A stretch of DNA of 64,000 nt from a virus (IMGVR_UViG_3300014204_000127:49898-113897), one strand, 5' to 3'; counted from the stretch's first letter, positions 29,460 to 38,873 are shown. Numbers and translations are program-made. The notes: a model not told the origin generated them from the sequence alone.

Positions 29460-29789
29460 TTATTTAGAAATATTTGTACTTTCTATAAGCACATTTGTTG
29501 TCTGAGGCTTAGTACCACGAATATAGTCCAAAATTGGTCTATTTAGTTTTAAAGTGTATTCTGCCTGTGAATACAACATTTGGGACAATTGGTCTTTTGT
29601 ATATGCATCTAAAATGTTGTTTTCATTGGTCTTAAGTTTTTTAGCATATTCCATTCTATATTCAGAATCGGTCTGTATATTAACAACACAACTCTTAACC
29701 TCTTTTGGAACAAGCTCTTTACACCCAGATGTTACAAGAACAGAAAATAGTGTGCATAGAAATAGCATAATAATTAGTTTGTTTTTCAT
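29460..29789 (-). CDS. putative lipoprotein
   Basis: Signal peptide ending TSGC. Confidence 0.7.
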   Translation of the reverse strand: MKNKLIIMLFLCTLFSVLVTSGCKELVPKEVKSCVVNIQTDSEYRMEYAKKLKTNENNILDAYTKDQLSQMLYSQAEYTLKLNRPILDYIRGTKPQTTNVLIESTNISK

Positions 29790-30086
29790 AATTTATCCTT
29801 ATTTTAATAATTTATTTAGATCTTTGGGCTTTACACACCCCATCTATTCTATATTTTAATTCTATCCCCAACCATTTAGCATATGCCTTTTTCTTATCAG
29901 AAAGCTCACCGGTTAAGGGGGTAACAATACAGTTAGGACACATACTGCCCTGTTCACATGGTATGGCTAGGTATGCTTGTATACACCCACAACTGGGGTC
30001 TCTAATCATGGCCCTTGCTATTTTATCTTTATTTTTAGCAACATCTTCGGGTATAATAATTAGTTTGTTTTTCATAATTTATCCTT
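29767..30086. repeat. Identical 34-bp direct repeat (RBS + MKNKLII codons) at 29767-29800 and 30053-30086
   Basis: ataataattagtttgtttttcataatttatcctt. Confidence 0.95.
29812..30075 (-). CDS. Cys-rich hypothetical protein
   Basis: Shares its first 7 codons with the downstream lipoprotein. Confidence 0.65.
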   Translation of the reverse strand: MKNKLIIIPEDVAKNKDKIARAMIRDPSCGCIQAYLAIPCEQGSMCPNCIVTPLTGELSDKKKAYAKWLGIELKYRIDGVCKAQRSK

Positions 30087-30096
30087 GTTTTTTCCT

Positions 30097-30645
30097 TTAT
30101 TCTATAAGACCACGTTCTGTTAATGTTAGTTCAAGTTCTTTTTCTGCAATAACTTCACGAAGTCCCTTTTTGAACCCTGTTGCAGCATTTGTCAGAGCAT
30201 TGCCAACAATACCAGTCCATATTGTCTGTTGTTCCTGATACTCTGGATAACTCCTTAGATACGCTTCAGCAGAACCAATAACACCCAGTATAAGCGTTTT
30301 AGTTACAGAACGCAGGTCAGCATCAGTAAGGCGTTCATCAAGATACTTGTCAATAATAGACACACCATTAGTAGGTGTAGTAAGTGCATTTACAATATTA
30401 GAACCACTACCAATCTGTTCAAGAACTGTGCTAAAATCACCCACAACTGTTGCAATTTGTGTAGCTGCAATAACTTGGGCATCAGTCCACTTGTTGCTAG
30501 CTGTGGATGCTATGCCATATCCAGCAGTCCACGATACCGAACCCACCATTGTTGATACTTCATTTGAAGTCATTTCTACATTCTTGCAACCCATTCCTAG
30601 ACATGCAATCATTGCCATTACCATAGTTAAAACCATCTTTTTCAT
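30097..30645 (-). CDS. putative lipoprotein
   Basis: MKKMVLTMVMAMIACLGMGC lipobox. Confidence 0.75.
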   Translation of the reverse strand: MKKMVLTMVMAMIACLGMGCKNVEMTSNEVSTMVGSVSWTAGYGIASTASNKWTDAQVIAATQIATVVGDFSTVLEQIGSGSNIVNALTTPTNGVSIIDKYLDERLTDADLRSVTKTLILGVIGSAEAYLRSYPEYQEQQTIWTGIVGNALTNAATGFKKGLREVIAEKELELTLTERGLIE

Positions 30646-30680
30646 TTTATTTTCCTTCTTTCTCTAAAATTTAGTAACAA

Positions 30681-30851
30681 TTAATCTTCGGACTTCAAAA
30701 GCATTTCCGCCGGGTTTGGTTCATAAGCCACTTTAAGAACTTTAGTATCATCATCGTACTCAAAGCCCTTAACAACACTACCTACTAATTTTATTAAATC
30801 AAACACAGCATCTCTACTTTCTATCCGTAAAGCCACATCATTACATTTCAT
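30681..30851 (-). CDS. hypothetical protein
   Basis: Starts at the repeated RBS/ATG. Confidence 0.6.
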   Translation of the reverse strand: MKCNDVALRIESRDAVFDLIKLVGSVVKGFEYDDDTKVLKVAYEPNPAEMLLKSED

Positions 30852-30873
30852 TTTATTTTCCTTCTTTCTGTTT

Positions 30874-31161
30874 TTATTCAACTTTGATGTTTATTTCAAA
30901 AACATGTCCCAATGATTTATGACAAACCTCTGAATAGGCTTCAGTATCAAACCTGTAGACCACATCATCTATTTCAACATCAGAACAGTCTTTCAAAGTA
31001 TTCTCAAGTTTTTTAACAAACATATCTGTTTTATAATCAATATGGTTAAAAAACTCATCACAACATCGTACTATTATTTTACTGCTGTCAGGTTTATTCT
31101 TTAACTGAACACTAAAATCATCTATTATCAACTGTATCAATATTTCTACATCTTTTTCCAT
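30874..31161 (-). CDS. hypothetical protein, paralog of 38349-38873
   Basis: Shared EKDV..LI.LI..DF, VRCCDEFF.H..YKT, KSLGHVF. Confidence 0.75.
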   Translation of the reverse strand: MEKDVEILIQLIIDDFSVQLKNKPDSSKIIVRCCDEFFNHIDYKTDMFVKKLENTLKDCSDVEIDDVVYRFDTEAYSEVCHKSLGHVFEINIKVE

Positions 31162-31193
31162 TTTATTTTCCTTCTTTCTTTAAACTATTTTTT

Positions 31194-31466
31194 CTATTTC
31201 TTGGCCTTACCAAAACCACTTAAAACACCACCAACTATTCCCCCACACAAAAGCGATGCAGCCCATTGATATGTAAACAACCCATAGGGAATCTGTCCAG
31301 CATTGGGAATATATCCCAAAATAAGTGTATTTATTCCCCAAATCAAAAGAAGGGGGCCAAATAACACACATGCTACTATAAAAATCAATGCCACAAAAAT
31401 AACTGCCACCGATTGTCCAACACTCATGTTCTTTTCTCCTTGTTTATATTTACGTTTATTTTTCAC
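31194..31466 (-). CDS. small membrane protein (start probably ~31427)
   Basis: Two hydrophobic segments. Confidence 0.6.
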   Translation of the reverse strand: MKNKRKYKQGEKNMSVGQSVAVIFVALIFIVACVLFGPLLLIWGINTLILGYIPNAGQIPYGLFTYQWAASLLCGGIVGGVLSGFGKAKK

Positions 31467-31476
31467 TATCTATTAT

Positions 31477-31504
31477 ATTATACACCATTTTTATCGCATT
31501 GCAA
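31477..31504 (-). promoter_or_regulatory. promoter TTGCAA-N16-TATAAT
   Basis: Intergenic consensus match. Confidence 0.55.
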
Positions 31505-31532
31505 GCATAAAATAAAAAAAACTACAATAATT

Positions 31533-32516
31533 CTATTTATTTTTAAATTTAACATCCTCAGCATATTTATCCGACTCCATTTCTCTAACAGCCTTGCCAA
31601 TGATGTCCAAAAACGGCTGAAGATTCCCATCATCATATTCGTAAAGATATAATAAATACTTTCCTCTAGACCTATATATGTTAAAATCAGCGATAATTCT
31701 TGAAAACAGGTACTTGTTTTTAAGCACAAGTACTGGCCCACTACCACAAAACAAGTCTGGATAAGCACTTACAATCCTATTTCTTATTCCATCTATTCTA
31801 TTTCTCATTCCCTGTATATCATAGTCCTTTATGGTATTATAAAACTCAAAAAGACCATAAAGATTAGCAGTCTGTGCATGATTTTTAAAATATTCCTTTG
31901 TCTGGTATCTAATTAACGAATCTAAATCAAGAACGCTATAGGGCTTATATGTATGATGAATCTGCTTAAATATGTTCTTTTTGTAGACGATAAAAGAAAC
32001 AGGGGACTGGCATTTAAAAAGTGTGCCAGTTGTTCCCACCCATGCGGTAACATTTTCCGGTACATCTACATAAGGAAAACTATCACAACAATCCAAATAA
32101 ATATTTTTATACCTAACAACATTGCTCTTATTCTTATCTACATAAACCTCTCGTTTCATCATGTCAGGGTCTCTGACATACCCAGAAAAGGGGTTGTACA
32201 TGGAACCATAGATAATATAATGAGAACCAGCCCATCGTTCTTCCTGCAATAACTTGTTTTTAATGTGCATAACCCTGTCTGGAGCAGGTTCATATCTAGT
32301 AAAAGAGCATGTTCGTATTTTGTTTTTGAGAGAGTTTATCAGTATTTCACATGCTGTAATATCATCGGCAAATACCCAAACCATGTCATATTCGGTTGAA
32401 TCCACACCAAAAGCGTTAAAAAACCTGGTCTTTAGTGCTTGTAAAAAATCTATATACTCATCATCATACTGACTTAGATACCTGTTATTAAAATATATTG
32501 TATTTCTTTTAAGCAT
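31533..32516 (-). CDS. hypothetical; distant resemblance to class V PLP aminotransferases (degenerate)
   Basis: YDMVWVFADDITACEILINSL and IYLDCCDSFPY echo GSGT..E...SL and DxxS motifs. Confidence 0.4.
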   Translation of the reverse strand: MLKRNTIYFNNRYLSQYDDEYIDFLQALKTRFFNAFGVDSTEYDMVWVFADDITACEILINSLKNKIRTCSFTRYEPAPDRVMHIKNKLLQEERWAGSHYIIYGSMYNPFSGYVRDPDMMKREVYVDKNKSNVVRYKNIYLDCCDSFPYVDVPENVTAWVGTTGTLFKCQSPVSFIVYKKNIFKQIHHTYKPYSVLDLDSLIRYQTKEYFKNHAQTANLYGLFEFYNTIKDYDIQGMRNRIDGIRNRIVSAYPDLFCGSGPVLVLKNKYLFSRIIADFNIYRSRGKYLLYLYEYDDGNLQPFLDIIGKAVREMESDKYAEDVKFKNK

Positions 32517-32524
32517 TTATATCT

Positions 32525-32767
32525 TTATTTAGAATATTTAGGCACTTTATACCACGCCACAACAGGGGAAACACCATTAAAATCAATTTTGTCTCTCACA
32601 TCATACCACCCCAATCCCTCTATATAATATGCCTGCCCCTCTTTTAATATCCCATTATCATCATAAACAATATTGTGGTAGAGACAAGTGGGGATATTTT
32701 CTTCTGGTGCTGTATTTTCACAAGACATCCATCCAAACCTACTATCCTCATGTTTAATTATTTCCAT
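32525..32767 (-). CDS. hypothetical protein (DUF551-like)
   Basis: WMSCE..AP...VVAWY.VP. Confidence 0.55.
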   Translation of the reverse strand: MEIIKHEDSRFGWMSCENTAPEENIPTCLYHNIVYDDNGILKEGQAYYIEGLGWYDVRDKIDFNGVSPVVAWYKVPKYSK

Positions 32768-33549
32768 TCTATTCCCAGTTCTTTCATTCGCTTGTTAAAA
32801 ATATAATCATCAACCTTTAACATTAAATTTCTTTTTTCATCCACTATTTCTTTGCTTTCCTCTGTTACAAGATACTTTGTGGAAACAGCTTGTGTATCTA
32901 TTTTAAGAACATTCTGTCCATTTGACAACCGTAGAGTAAAATCTGTTTCATCTCTATATGATGCATCGGAATAGTTTACAAAAAAACCACCAATTTCTTG
33001 AGCCTTTTTAATATTATAGGCAAAACTAGAATATAAAAAAGAGGAGTCTAATATTACAGGTTCTTTCCATTTAAAAAATTGAACATGTTTTACATTATAA
33101 TCGGGTACAAACAGTGCTTTATCATCAATATAGTAACAAAGACGCTGCTCAAAGTGTGGCGGGAACACCCCTCCTACGGCTGGATATCCCTCTAATGCTA
33201 AGGTAAATATCCTGTCAATACAGCCTTCTTGAGGCACACTACTATCATCCCATTTAAATGCTATGTCAATATTGTCATTGATAAACATATCTAATGCTGT
33301 TTGACTGCCAGAAGGAACATTTTTACCATATTCTGATTTAACAATGTGTACAGGAACATCTGACTTTATTTTCCCCTCTAATACAGAGACTTCATTATTA
33401 TCCACAACCACAATATATTGTGGTTTATTAACAGAATTTTCAAAAGCACACACTATATCTTGTATATAAGGTATTCTTTCTATGCCCCTTGATGAAATAC
33501 CCACTGCATATGTCTTGTCTAAACTGGATGGTTTATCTTTTTTTTCCAT
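32758..33549 (-). CDS. Glycosyltransferase family 2-like
   Basis: IVVVDNN, KWDD, IGGF, RDETDFTLRL. Confidence 0.75.
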   Translation of the reverse strand: MEKKDKPSSLDKTYAVGISSRGIERIPYIQDIVCAFENSVNKPQYIVVVDNNEVSVLEGKIKSDVPVHIVKSEYGKNVPSGSQTALDMFINDNIDIAFKWDDSSVPQEGCIDRIFTLALEGYPAVGGVFPPHFEQRLCYYIDDKALFVPDYNVKHVQFFKWKEPVILDSSFLYSSFAYNIKKAQEIGGFFVNYSDASYRDETDFTLRLSNGQNVLKIDTQAVSTKYLVTEESKEIVDEKRNLMLKVDDYIFNKRMKELGIEWK

Positions 33550-33608
33550 TTTTTACCTTTTTGGTTTTATTATATTGAACTTTTTTTAAATTTATTAAAG
33601 TATTATAT

Positions 33609-34514
33609 TCATTTCGTGCATCTATTTTGAAAATAGTCAACAATATGCTTAACCACGACATCAACATCTGGTTTCCATCCTTCCTTAATTATCTTACAGT
33701 ATGCCCCAAACCAGTTAGTCTGGTTGTATACCTCTTCGTTCTGTTTATTGCCCCACACAATGTGGTCTGTTCCACATCTACTGGCAAGGTGCATTGTGCC
33801 AGATGAACCCCCTACTGCAAGGTCTGAATTGCAGAGGATGTTAATACAGTCATTTATTGAAGTGGAGTTTACAAAGTTTTTAACACTCTTATCCGGCTTA
33901 AATGTCTTATTCTTGACAAGTCCGATAGTTACAACATTATAATTCATATCACATAAAATTCTGGTAAGCTCATTCCAATATTCAAAATACCAATTTCTAT
34001 GTTCAGCCAATTCCCTGTCTCTAAGACATAATGTTATTGTAGGGACATCTGTTTTATTAAATTTCATGCCTTTGTCTGTGAATATAAGTCTATCTGCACA
34101 CCCCTCTGTTAGCATCCTATTATTAAAAATCTTTAAACTATTATACCAAAAGGTGTTAAAAGAAAGTCCCTCTTTTTTGAGTATTTCAAAACAAGATGCT
34201 CCAAGTTCATTAAGCTCCTTTTGTAGGCCACCGTCAAACTTATCCCAAAGAAGACACTGTGACTCATGTTTGGGAACATCTATTTCCCTATATTCAGCAA
34301 AATTCCACAGAGCATCATATCCCTTTGAACCAAAAACTATACATCTTTTATAGTTGTTTTTATAAAAAATAGACCTAATAAGTGGCTGCCATGTAAAACA
34401 AAGCCACCCAAATTCACCCACATAGGGGCCTACCGCAAGAATATCACTTCTTTGTTGAATTTGATTATCCGGTTTATTTTGTTCTATTTCTATTTCTTTC
34501 TTGTTTTTTGCCAT
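33609..34514 (-). CDS. Glycosyltransferase family 9-like
   Basis: RNW..EYW.EL, SDLAVGGSSGTMHLAS.CGT. Confidence 0.8.
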   Translation of the reverse strand: MAKNKKEIEIEQNKPDNQIQQRSDILAVGPYVGEFGWLCFTWQPLIRSIFYKNNYKRCIVFGSKGYDALWNFAEYREIDVPKHESQCLLWDKFDGGLQKELNELGASCFEILKKEGLSFNTFWYNSLKIFNNRMLTEGCADRLIFTDKGMKFNKTDVPTITLCLRDRELAEHRNWYFEYWNELTRILCDMNYNVVTIGLVKNKTFKPDKSVKNFVNSTSINDCINILCNSDLAVGGSSGTMHLASRCGTDHIVWGNKQNEEVYNQTNWFGAYCKIIKEGWKPDVDVVVKHIVDYFQNRCTK

Positions 34515-34516
34515 AT

Positions 34517-34732
34517 TTATCCATTTATTCCTAAAACAGTAACCTCTATTATATCAAGTTCTTGTTCTATTTCAAGTTTATTTTTTATCTGTTTTTCTAG
34601 TTCTTTAACTGATTCTTCTGATATACACCAAGAATCTTCAAAAAAAAGAATCTCATTGCCAAAAGAGGGCATAATACTTCCGTCTATATAATATGCATAA
34701 GAAATAAACCTAAATTTTCCCTTTATTACCAT
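34517..34732 (-). CDS. hypothetical protein
   Basis: Co-oriented packed ORF. Confidence 0.55.
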   Translation of the reverse strand: MVIKGKFRFISYAYYIDGSIMPSFGNEILFFEDSWCISEESVKELEKQIKNKLEIEQELDIIEVTVLGING

Positions 34733-34734
34733 AA

Positions 34735-34995
34735 TTAACCATCCTTTTCCTGTGTTTTATATGATACCTTGCTTTTTATACGTCTAGGAAGGGCATTACA
34801 CAATTCTTTAGGCCATCCTAATTTTTCTTTAAAATAGTTTCCAGCCATGGCCGCATCCTCACACTGTTTTATTGTTTTACCATAAGTAGTTATGTGTTGG
34901 TGATTTGTGTCTGGTTCATATGCAAATATAACCACTTCTGGCCAGTCATACTTATCAGCAATTTCTTTTGCTACTCTTATAGGTATGTTTTTCAT
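34735..34995 (-). CDS. conserved hypothetical phage protein
   Basis: IPIRVAKEIA...HITTYGKT...AA..GN...LGW. Confidence 0.7.
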   Translation of the reverse strand: MKNIPIRVAKEIADKYDWPEVVIFAYEPDTNHQHITTYGKTIKQCEDAAMAGNYFKEKLGWPKELCNALPRRIKSKVSYKTQEKDG

Positions 34996-35459
34996 TTTTG
35001 TTCTCCTTGATTGTTATTTTCATCCCTGATAATAAGTGGAAATCCCACCTTGTCTTTTAATAATGGGATTATCCATTTAAGATTATATATACAATTTTTT
35101 GGTAAGTCATCAACATCAGCAAGCAACACTGTTTCATCAGTCATGTGTTTATAATTATAGACATCTGTTTTTTCATTTAGATTGCCTCTAAAAACATAAA
35201 CAACCCATTTTTCTTTAGATGAGTATAGTGTGATACAGTGTTCCCAATCAGTACTAAAAATGCCTGTTTCTTCTTTAAACTCTCTTATCATAGCTTCTAA
35301 AATATGTTCATTGGCTTCAAGTTTTCCCCCTATTCCATTAATTTTTCCTTTTTGCCATAGGGGTCTATTTTTGTTAATCAACAATAATCTATCCCCATAA
35401 CAATTAAACATAAACCCTAAAACATATTCTTTATAATCATCCATCCTTATTTTCCTCAA
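34992..35459 (-). CDS. Nudix hydrolase
   Basis: NGIGGKLE...AMIREFKEETGI. Confidence 0.9.
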   Translation of the reverse strand: MRKIRMDDYKEYVLGFMFNCYGDRLLLINKNRPLWQKGKINGIGGKLEANEHILEAMIREFKEETGIFSTDWEHCITLYSSKEKWVVYVFRGNLNEKTDVYNYKHMTDETVLLADVDDLPKNCIYNLKWIIPLLKDKVGFPLIIRDENNNQGEQK

Positions 35460-36213
35460 AAGATGCGTCTATCACTTCTTGTGTATCAGTTTCAGTTGCT
35501 ATTTTAGGCACATTCATAGAGGGAACATTGCTAATAATATTAATGGTTCCTATGTTATTATTTATACCCCCCTTCTCATTTTCCTTGTCTATCTTTGACA
35601 TCTTATGTAAAATGTCTGCAACAACAGTGGCAGATGGTAACTTTATTTTGATAACTGGATTGCCGTATTTATCCAAACTAGAGGATACTGATTCTATAAC
35701 AGAAGTATCAATACCTTCCGCTCGAAGTTCTTTAAGTGTCTTTTTACCGCTTAGATAGTCTTCAAAATCAGCTATATCCACATCCTGAAGGGATTTTAGC
35801 TTAGTTATAGCCTCATTCTTGATATACTTAATATCAGCTATATTGGTATTAATAATAGACGATTCTACTCTTCCTCTTATTATAGAATTTACTTTGCCTA
35901 TGCCGATGTTTAATTTCTTTGCAATCTTGGCCTTGTTAAACCCATTCGTAAGAAACTCATATACCACACGAATATTAAGAACATTATCTAGTTTATCTAT
36001 TCCCTCTATGGGATATCGTTTTTCAATGACCTTTAAAAGAACTTCCCGCTTTTTACTCTTAGTCAAAGCAAGTTTAGTCTTATTAGGAAGAATAATGCCA
36101 AACTCTGATGCTTCTTTATATTTTTCAGCCAAATTATCTCTATCCGGCTTATTATCTGGGTCAAAGGCATCTGGATTTATAGGGGCTATATCTGGTATGG
36201 GTGTTTCATCCAT
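35437..36213 (-). CDS. putative terminase small subunit-like protein
   Basis: HTH-like FNKAKIAKKLNI then DIADF...LKEL...IESV...IKIKLP pattern. Confidence 0.45.
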   Translation of the reverse strand: MDETPIPDIAPINPDAFDPDNKPDRDNLAEKYKEASEFGIILPNKTKLALTKSKKREVLLKVIEKRYPIEGIDKLDNVLNIRVVYEFLTNGFNKAKIAKKLNIGIGKVNSIIRGRVESSIINTNIADIKYIKNEAITKLKSLQDVDIADFEDYLSGKKTLKELRAEGIDTSVIESVSSSLDKYGNPVIKIKLPSATVVADILHKMSKIDKENEKGGINNNIGTINIISNVPSMNVPKIATETDTQEVIDASFEENKDG

Positions 36214-36214
36214 A

Positions 36215-36613
36215 TTACTTTATTCCCAAAAATTCAAAGTCTAATTTTCTACACTTTTTATGTGATTTTTTAACATCTTTCTCATCATGTGTATTAGACT
36301 GCACTATAGCACTTCTTACTACATAAGATTCCCTTTTTTTATCTTTAAGGTAGTTGATAAGAATATGATAACATACTGTGGCACTATCAAAAAATTCTAT
36401 GCCCTCTTTAGGATACTCATCTAACATCTTGTTAATCTTGGCACTGTTTTTATAAATATATTTGACAAAAGAAGTTATAGGAATATTAGCTTTTTCACCA
36501 AACTCTTTAATAAGTTCAGTAGATAGGGACAAGAGGAACATTTTACTGTATTCACCTGTCTTATTGAGTTCGTCGTAGTACCGCTGATAATCTCGTTTTA
36601 TTCTTTTTGTCAC
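36215..36613 (-). CDS. hypothetical protein
   Basis: GTG-start packed ORF. Confidence 0.6.
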   Translation of the reverse strand: MTKRIKRDYQRYYDELNKTGEYSKMFLLSLSTELIKEFGEKANIPITSFVKYIYKNSAKINKMLDEYPKEGIEFFDSATVCYHILINYLKDKKRESYVVRSAIVQSNTHDEKDVKKSHKKCRKLDFEFLGIK

Positions 36614-36621
36614 GTCTTTTC

Positions 36622-36994
36622 CTATATTTTTATTGTAATTACTGCACCAGGCATACTTGTGGCAGGGTAATTAGTTATATTATCCACACTAACAGTTGTA
36701 TATAATAAATAATTTTTTGAAAGTCTCCTCATAATCTCTAATATAATCTCATATCTTTTATCTTTAGCATGTTCTAAAATAAAAGAAGGATTACATTGTT
36801 CAAGATGTGTATGGTCTGAATCATCATCCGACTCCCCCCCATTTTATAAAAATAACTGAACTTTCTGGTGTATCCTTGTATACATCTAAATAACAGTCAT
36901 GTTTTTTATAAGAACCCAAATAAATAAAATCTTTTCCATATGTAAGAGGTTCATATAGCTTGTTTATATTTTTAAATAATGGTATTGTTTTCAT
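36622..36994 (-). pseudogene. Tandem paralog of 37003-37374, frameshifted (+1) in a G7 tract
   Basis: MKTIPLFKNINKLYEPLTYG...; span is 373 nt vs 372; removing one G at 36834-36840 gives a 123-aa ORF. Confidence 0.85.
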
Positions 36995-37002
36995 TTTGTT
37001 TC

Positions 37003-37374
37003 CTATATTTCTATTGTTGCTACCAAACCGTCTCTTGTTACATTTGGATAGTTTCTCACATTGTTCAAATCAACCGTTGTGTACACAAGCATCTCGTTAG
37101 ACATGAGTTCTATAATCTTTTTAACAATAATATAAAACTTGTAATCATTTTTATGCATTAAAAAAGAGGGGCTACATTCTTCCATGTGTTGATGGTAGAC
37201 ATCTTCGTCTTTCTTGCCATGTCTTATGAATACAATAGAGCTTTGGGGGGCATCATCATATACCATAATATAACAGTCGCACCTCTTATATGTACCTAAA
37301 TATACACATTCATCCCCATAGGAAAGTTCTGGATATATCTTTGTTGTTTTCTTAAATAATGGTATCGTTTTCAT
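37003..37374 (-). CDS. hypothetical protein (intact paralog)
   Basis: MKTIPLFKKTTKIYPELSYG... Confidence 0.75.
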   Translation of the reverse strand: MKTIPLFKKTTKIYPELSYGDECVYLGTYKRCDCYIMVYDDAPQSSIVFIRHGKKDEDVYHQHMEECSPSFLMHKNDYKFYIIVKKIIELMSNEMLVYTTVDLNNVRNYPNVTRDGLVATIEI

Positions 37375-38060
37375 TTTAAATCCTTTAACTCTGCTAAATT
37401 GCCTTTTGTGTCAATTTCTTTAACTTCACTGTGTATTTTATCGGGCATTGTAACAAGATATGCCTTATCACAATACTTTATAATCTCTTTGGAATGGGTT
37501 ACAAGAATTATCTGAATGCCCATTTCTTTAGATAAAGACTGTAAAAGACTTCCAAATGCCTGTTGCAATCCAGAAGACAACTGCTTAGTGGGCTCATCCA
37601 ATATCATTATGGGACTTGTTCTATTAGATGATAGGACATAAAATGCCAATCTTAGTGACATGGATACAATATCCTCAAACCCGCCACCAGTCGAATCCTC
37701 AAGGGGCATTTTTATACCGTTTTTGATATAATTAAAAACAGCTTCAGTCTGGTTTCGTTTTACCACAAAATCTATTTCAAAACCATATTCTTCACCATAT
37801 ACAGACGTTAGGGCAGTTGATACAATAGATTCTATGCACTGTTTCACCTCTGTCTGTGTATACATAAGAACATGATTAACAATGTCAAGGGCTTCTTTTG
37901 CTACCAAAACTGAGCTTTCAGTCGTTTGTCTCCTTTGACTCAAACTGTTTAAACTATTCTGGGCAGCTTGTAAAGAAGCCTTTTTTGTATAAAGAAAATC
38001 CAGATATCTGGATTCCTCTTGTTTATTCTGTTTAATCAGATTATTCTGCAAGATAGGCAT
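37371..38060 (-). CDS. SbcC/Rad50 C-terminal ATPase half
   Basis: STGGG signature, ILDEP Walker B, LVTH. Confidence 0.85.
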   Translation of the reverse strand: MPILQNNLIKQNKQEESRYLDFLYTKKASLQAAQNSLNSLSQRRQTTESSVLVAKEALDIVNHVLMYTQTEVKQCIESIVSTALTSVYGEEYGFEIDFVVKRNQTEAVFNYIKNGIKMPLEDSTGGGFEDIVSMSLRLAFYVLSSNRTSPIMILDEPTKQLSSGLQQAFGSLLQSLSKEMGIQIILVTHSKEIIKYCDKAYLVTMPDKIHSEVKEIDTKGNLAELKDLK

Positions 38061-38277
38061 TGAGCTTTTTAATATCCTGTTCTATTTCTGCTGATAAAGC
38101 TATATTATCTTGCTCTATTTTAGCAATATTCTGTTGTGCATCAGATGTTGTTGCAAATCCCATTTCTTTAAGTTGTTCAGCATACTGCTGCTTTTTGGTA
38201 GTTGCTTCAATAATTTGACGTTCAACACGCTCGTTCTTTTCTTTAGCTTTTTGTAATATTTGTAGTGCGTCTTCCAT
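38041..38277 (-). CDS. coiled-coil protein, probable SbcC middle piece
   Basis: Heptad-rich; overlaps the SbcC C-half. Confidence 0.6.
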   Translation of the reverse strand: MEDALQILQKAKEKNERVERQIIEATTKKQQYAEQLKEMGFATTSDAQQNIAKIEQDNIALSAEIEQDIKKLNAYLAE

Positions 38278-38348
38278 ATTTTCTTCCTATTCTATTATAG
38301 TCTTTTATTGACTAATTTGTTTACTTATTTTTTAAAAATTATAAAATA

Positions 38349-38873
38349 TCAAAATGAATTATAATCAATGTGACTGGGGCCATTACAAGAAGTAACGTGA
38401 ATAAAACCTCCATCAGAGGGGCAAAAACTGACCGCCACATCCTCATCAGATTCCTCTATTATCCGATGCATCTCCTCCATTAGTTTTAGCTTGTCGCTAC
38501 CATAGGGGGATACGCATTCTTTTTTATTTTCATGTTGTTCTTGATTTGCAATATAAAAATCAAAGACGTGTCCCAATGATTTGGAATCTTCTTCATTATA
38601 AAACTCTGTCTCGAATCTATAGCAAATACGACTTACACCAACAGTTGTTGAATTTTTTAAAGTTTTTTCAAGTTTTTTAATAAACTCTTGTGTTTTATAA
38701 TTAACATGTCTAAAAAATTCATCGCAACATCTCACTGTTATTAAAGTACTATTTGGTTTTTGTTTTAATTCCTTCATAAAATCAATAACTATGAGGGATA
38801 TCAAACATTTTACATCTTTTTCAATCTTTTCAATTTCTTCCGTTGAGGGGTTCATTTTACTAATTCCTTTCAA
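38349..38873 (-). CDS. hypothetical protein, paralog of 30874-31161
   Basis: VRCCDEFF, KSLGHVF. Confidence 0.7.
   Translation of the reverse strand: MKGISKMNPSTEEIEKIEKDVKCLISLIVIDFMKELKQKPNSTLITVRCCDEFFRHVNYKTQEFIKKLEKTLKNSTTVGVSRICYRFETEFYNEEDSKSLGHVFDFYIANQEQHENKKECVSPYGSDKLKLMEEMHRIIEESDEDVAVSFCPSDGGFIHVTSCNGPSHIDYNSF

Larger units (their letters stand above)
30643..31179. repeat. 21-bp RBS+ATG repeat x3 (AGAAAGAAGGAAAATAAAATG) at 30643, 30849 and 31159
   Basis: cattttattttccttctttct at three consecutive gene starts. Confidence 0.9.
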
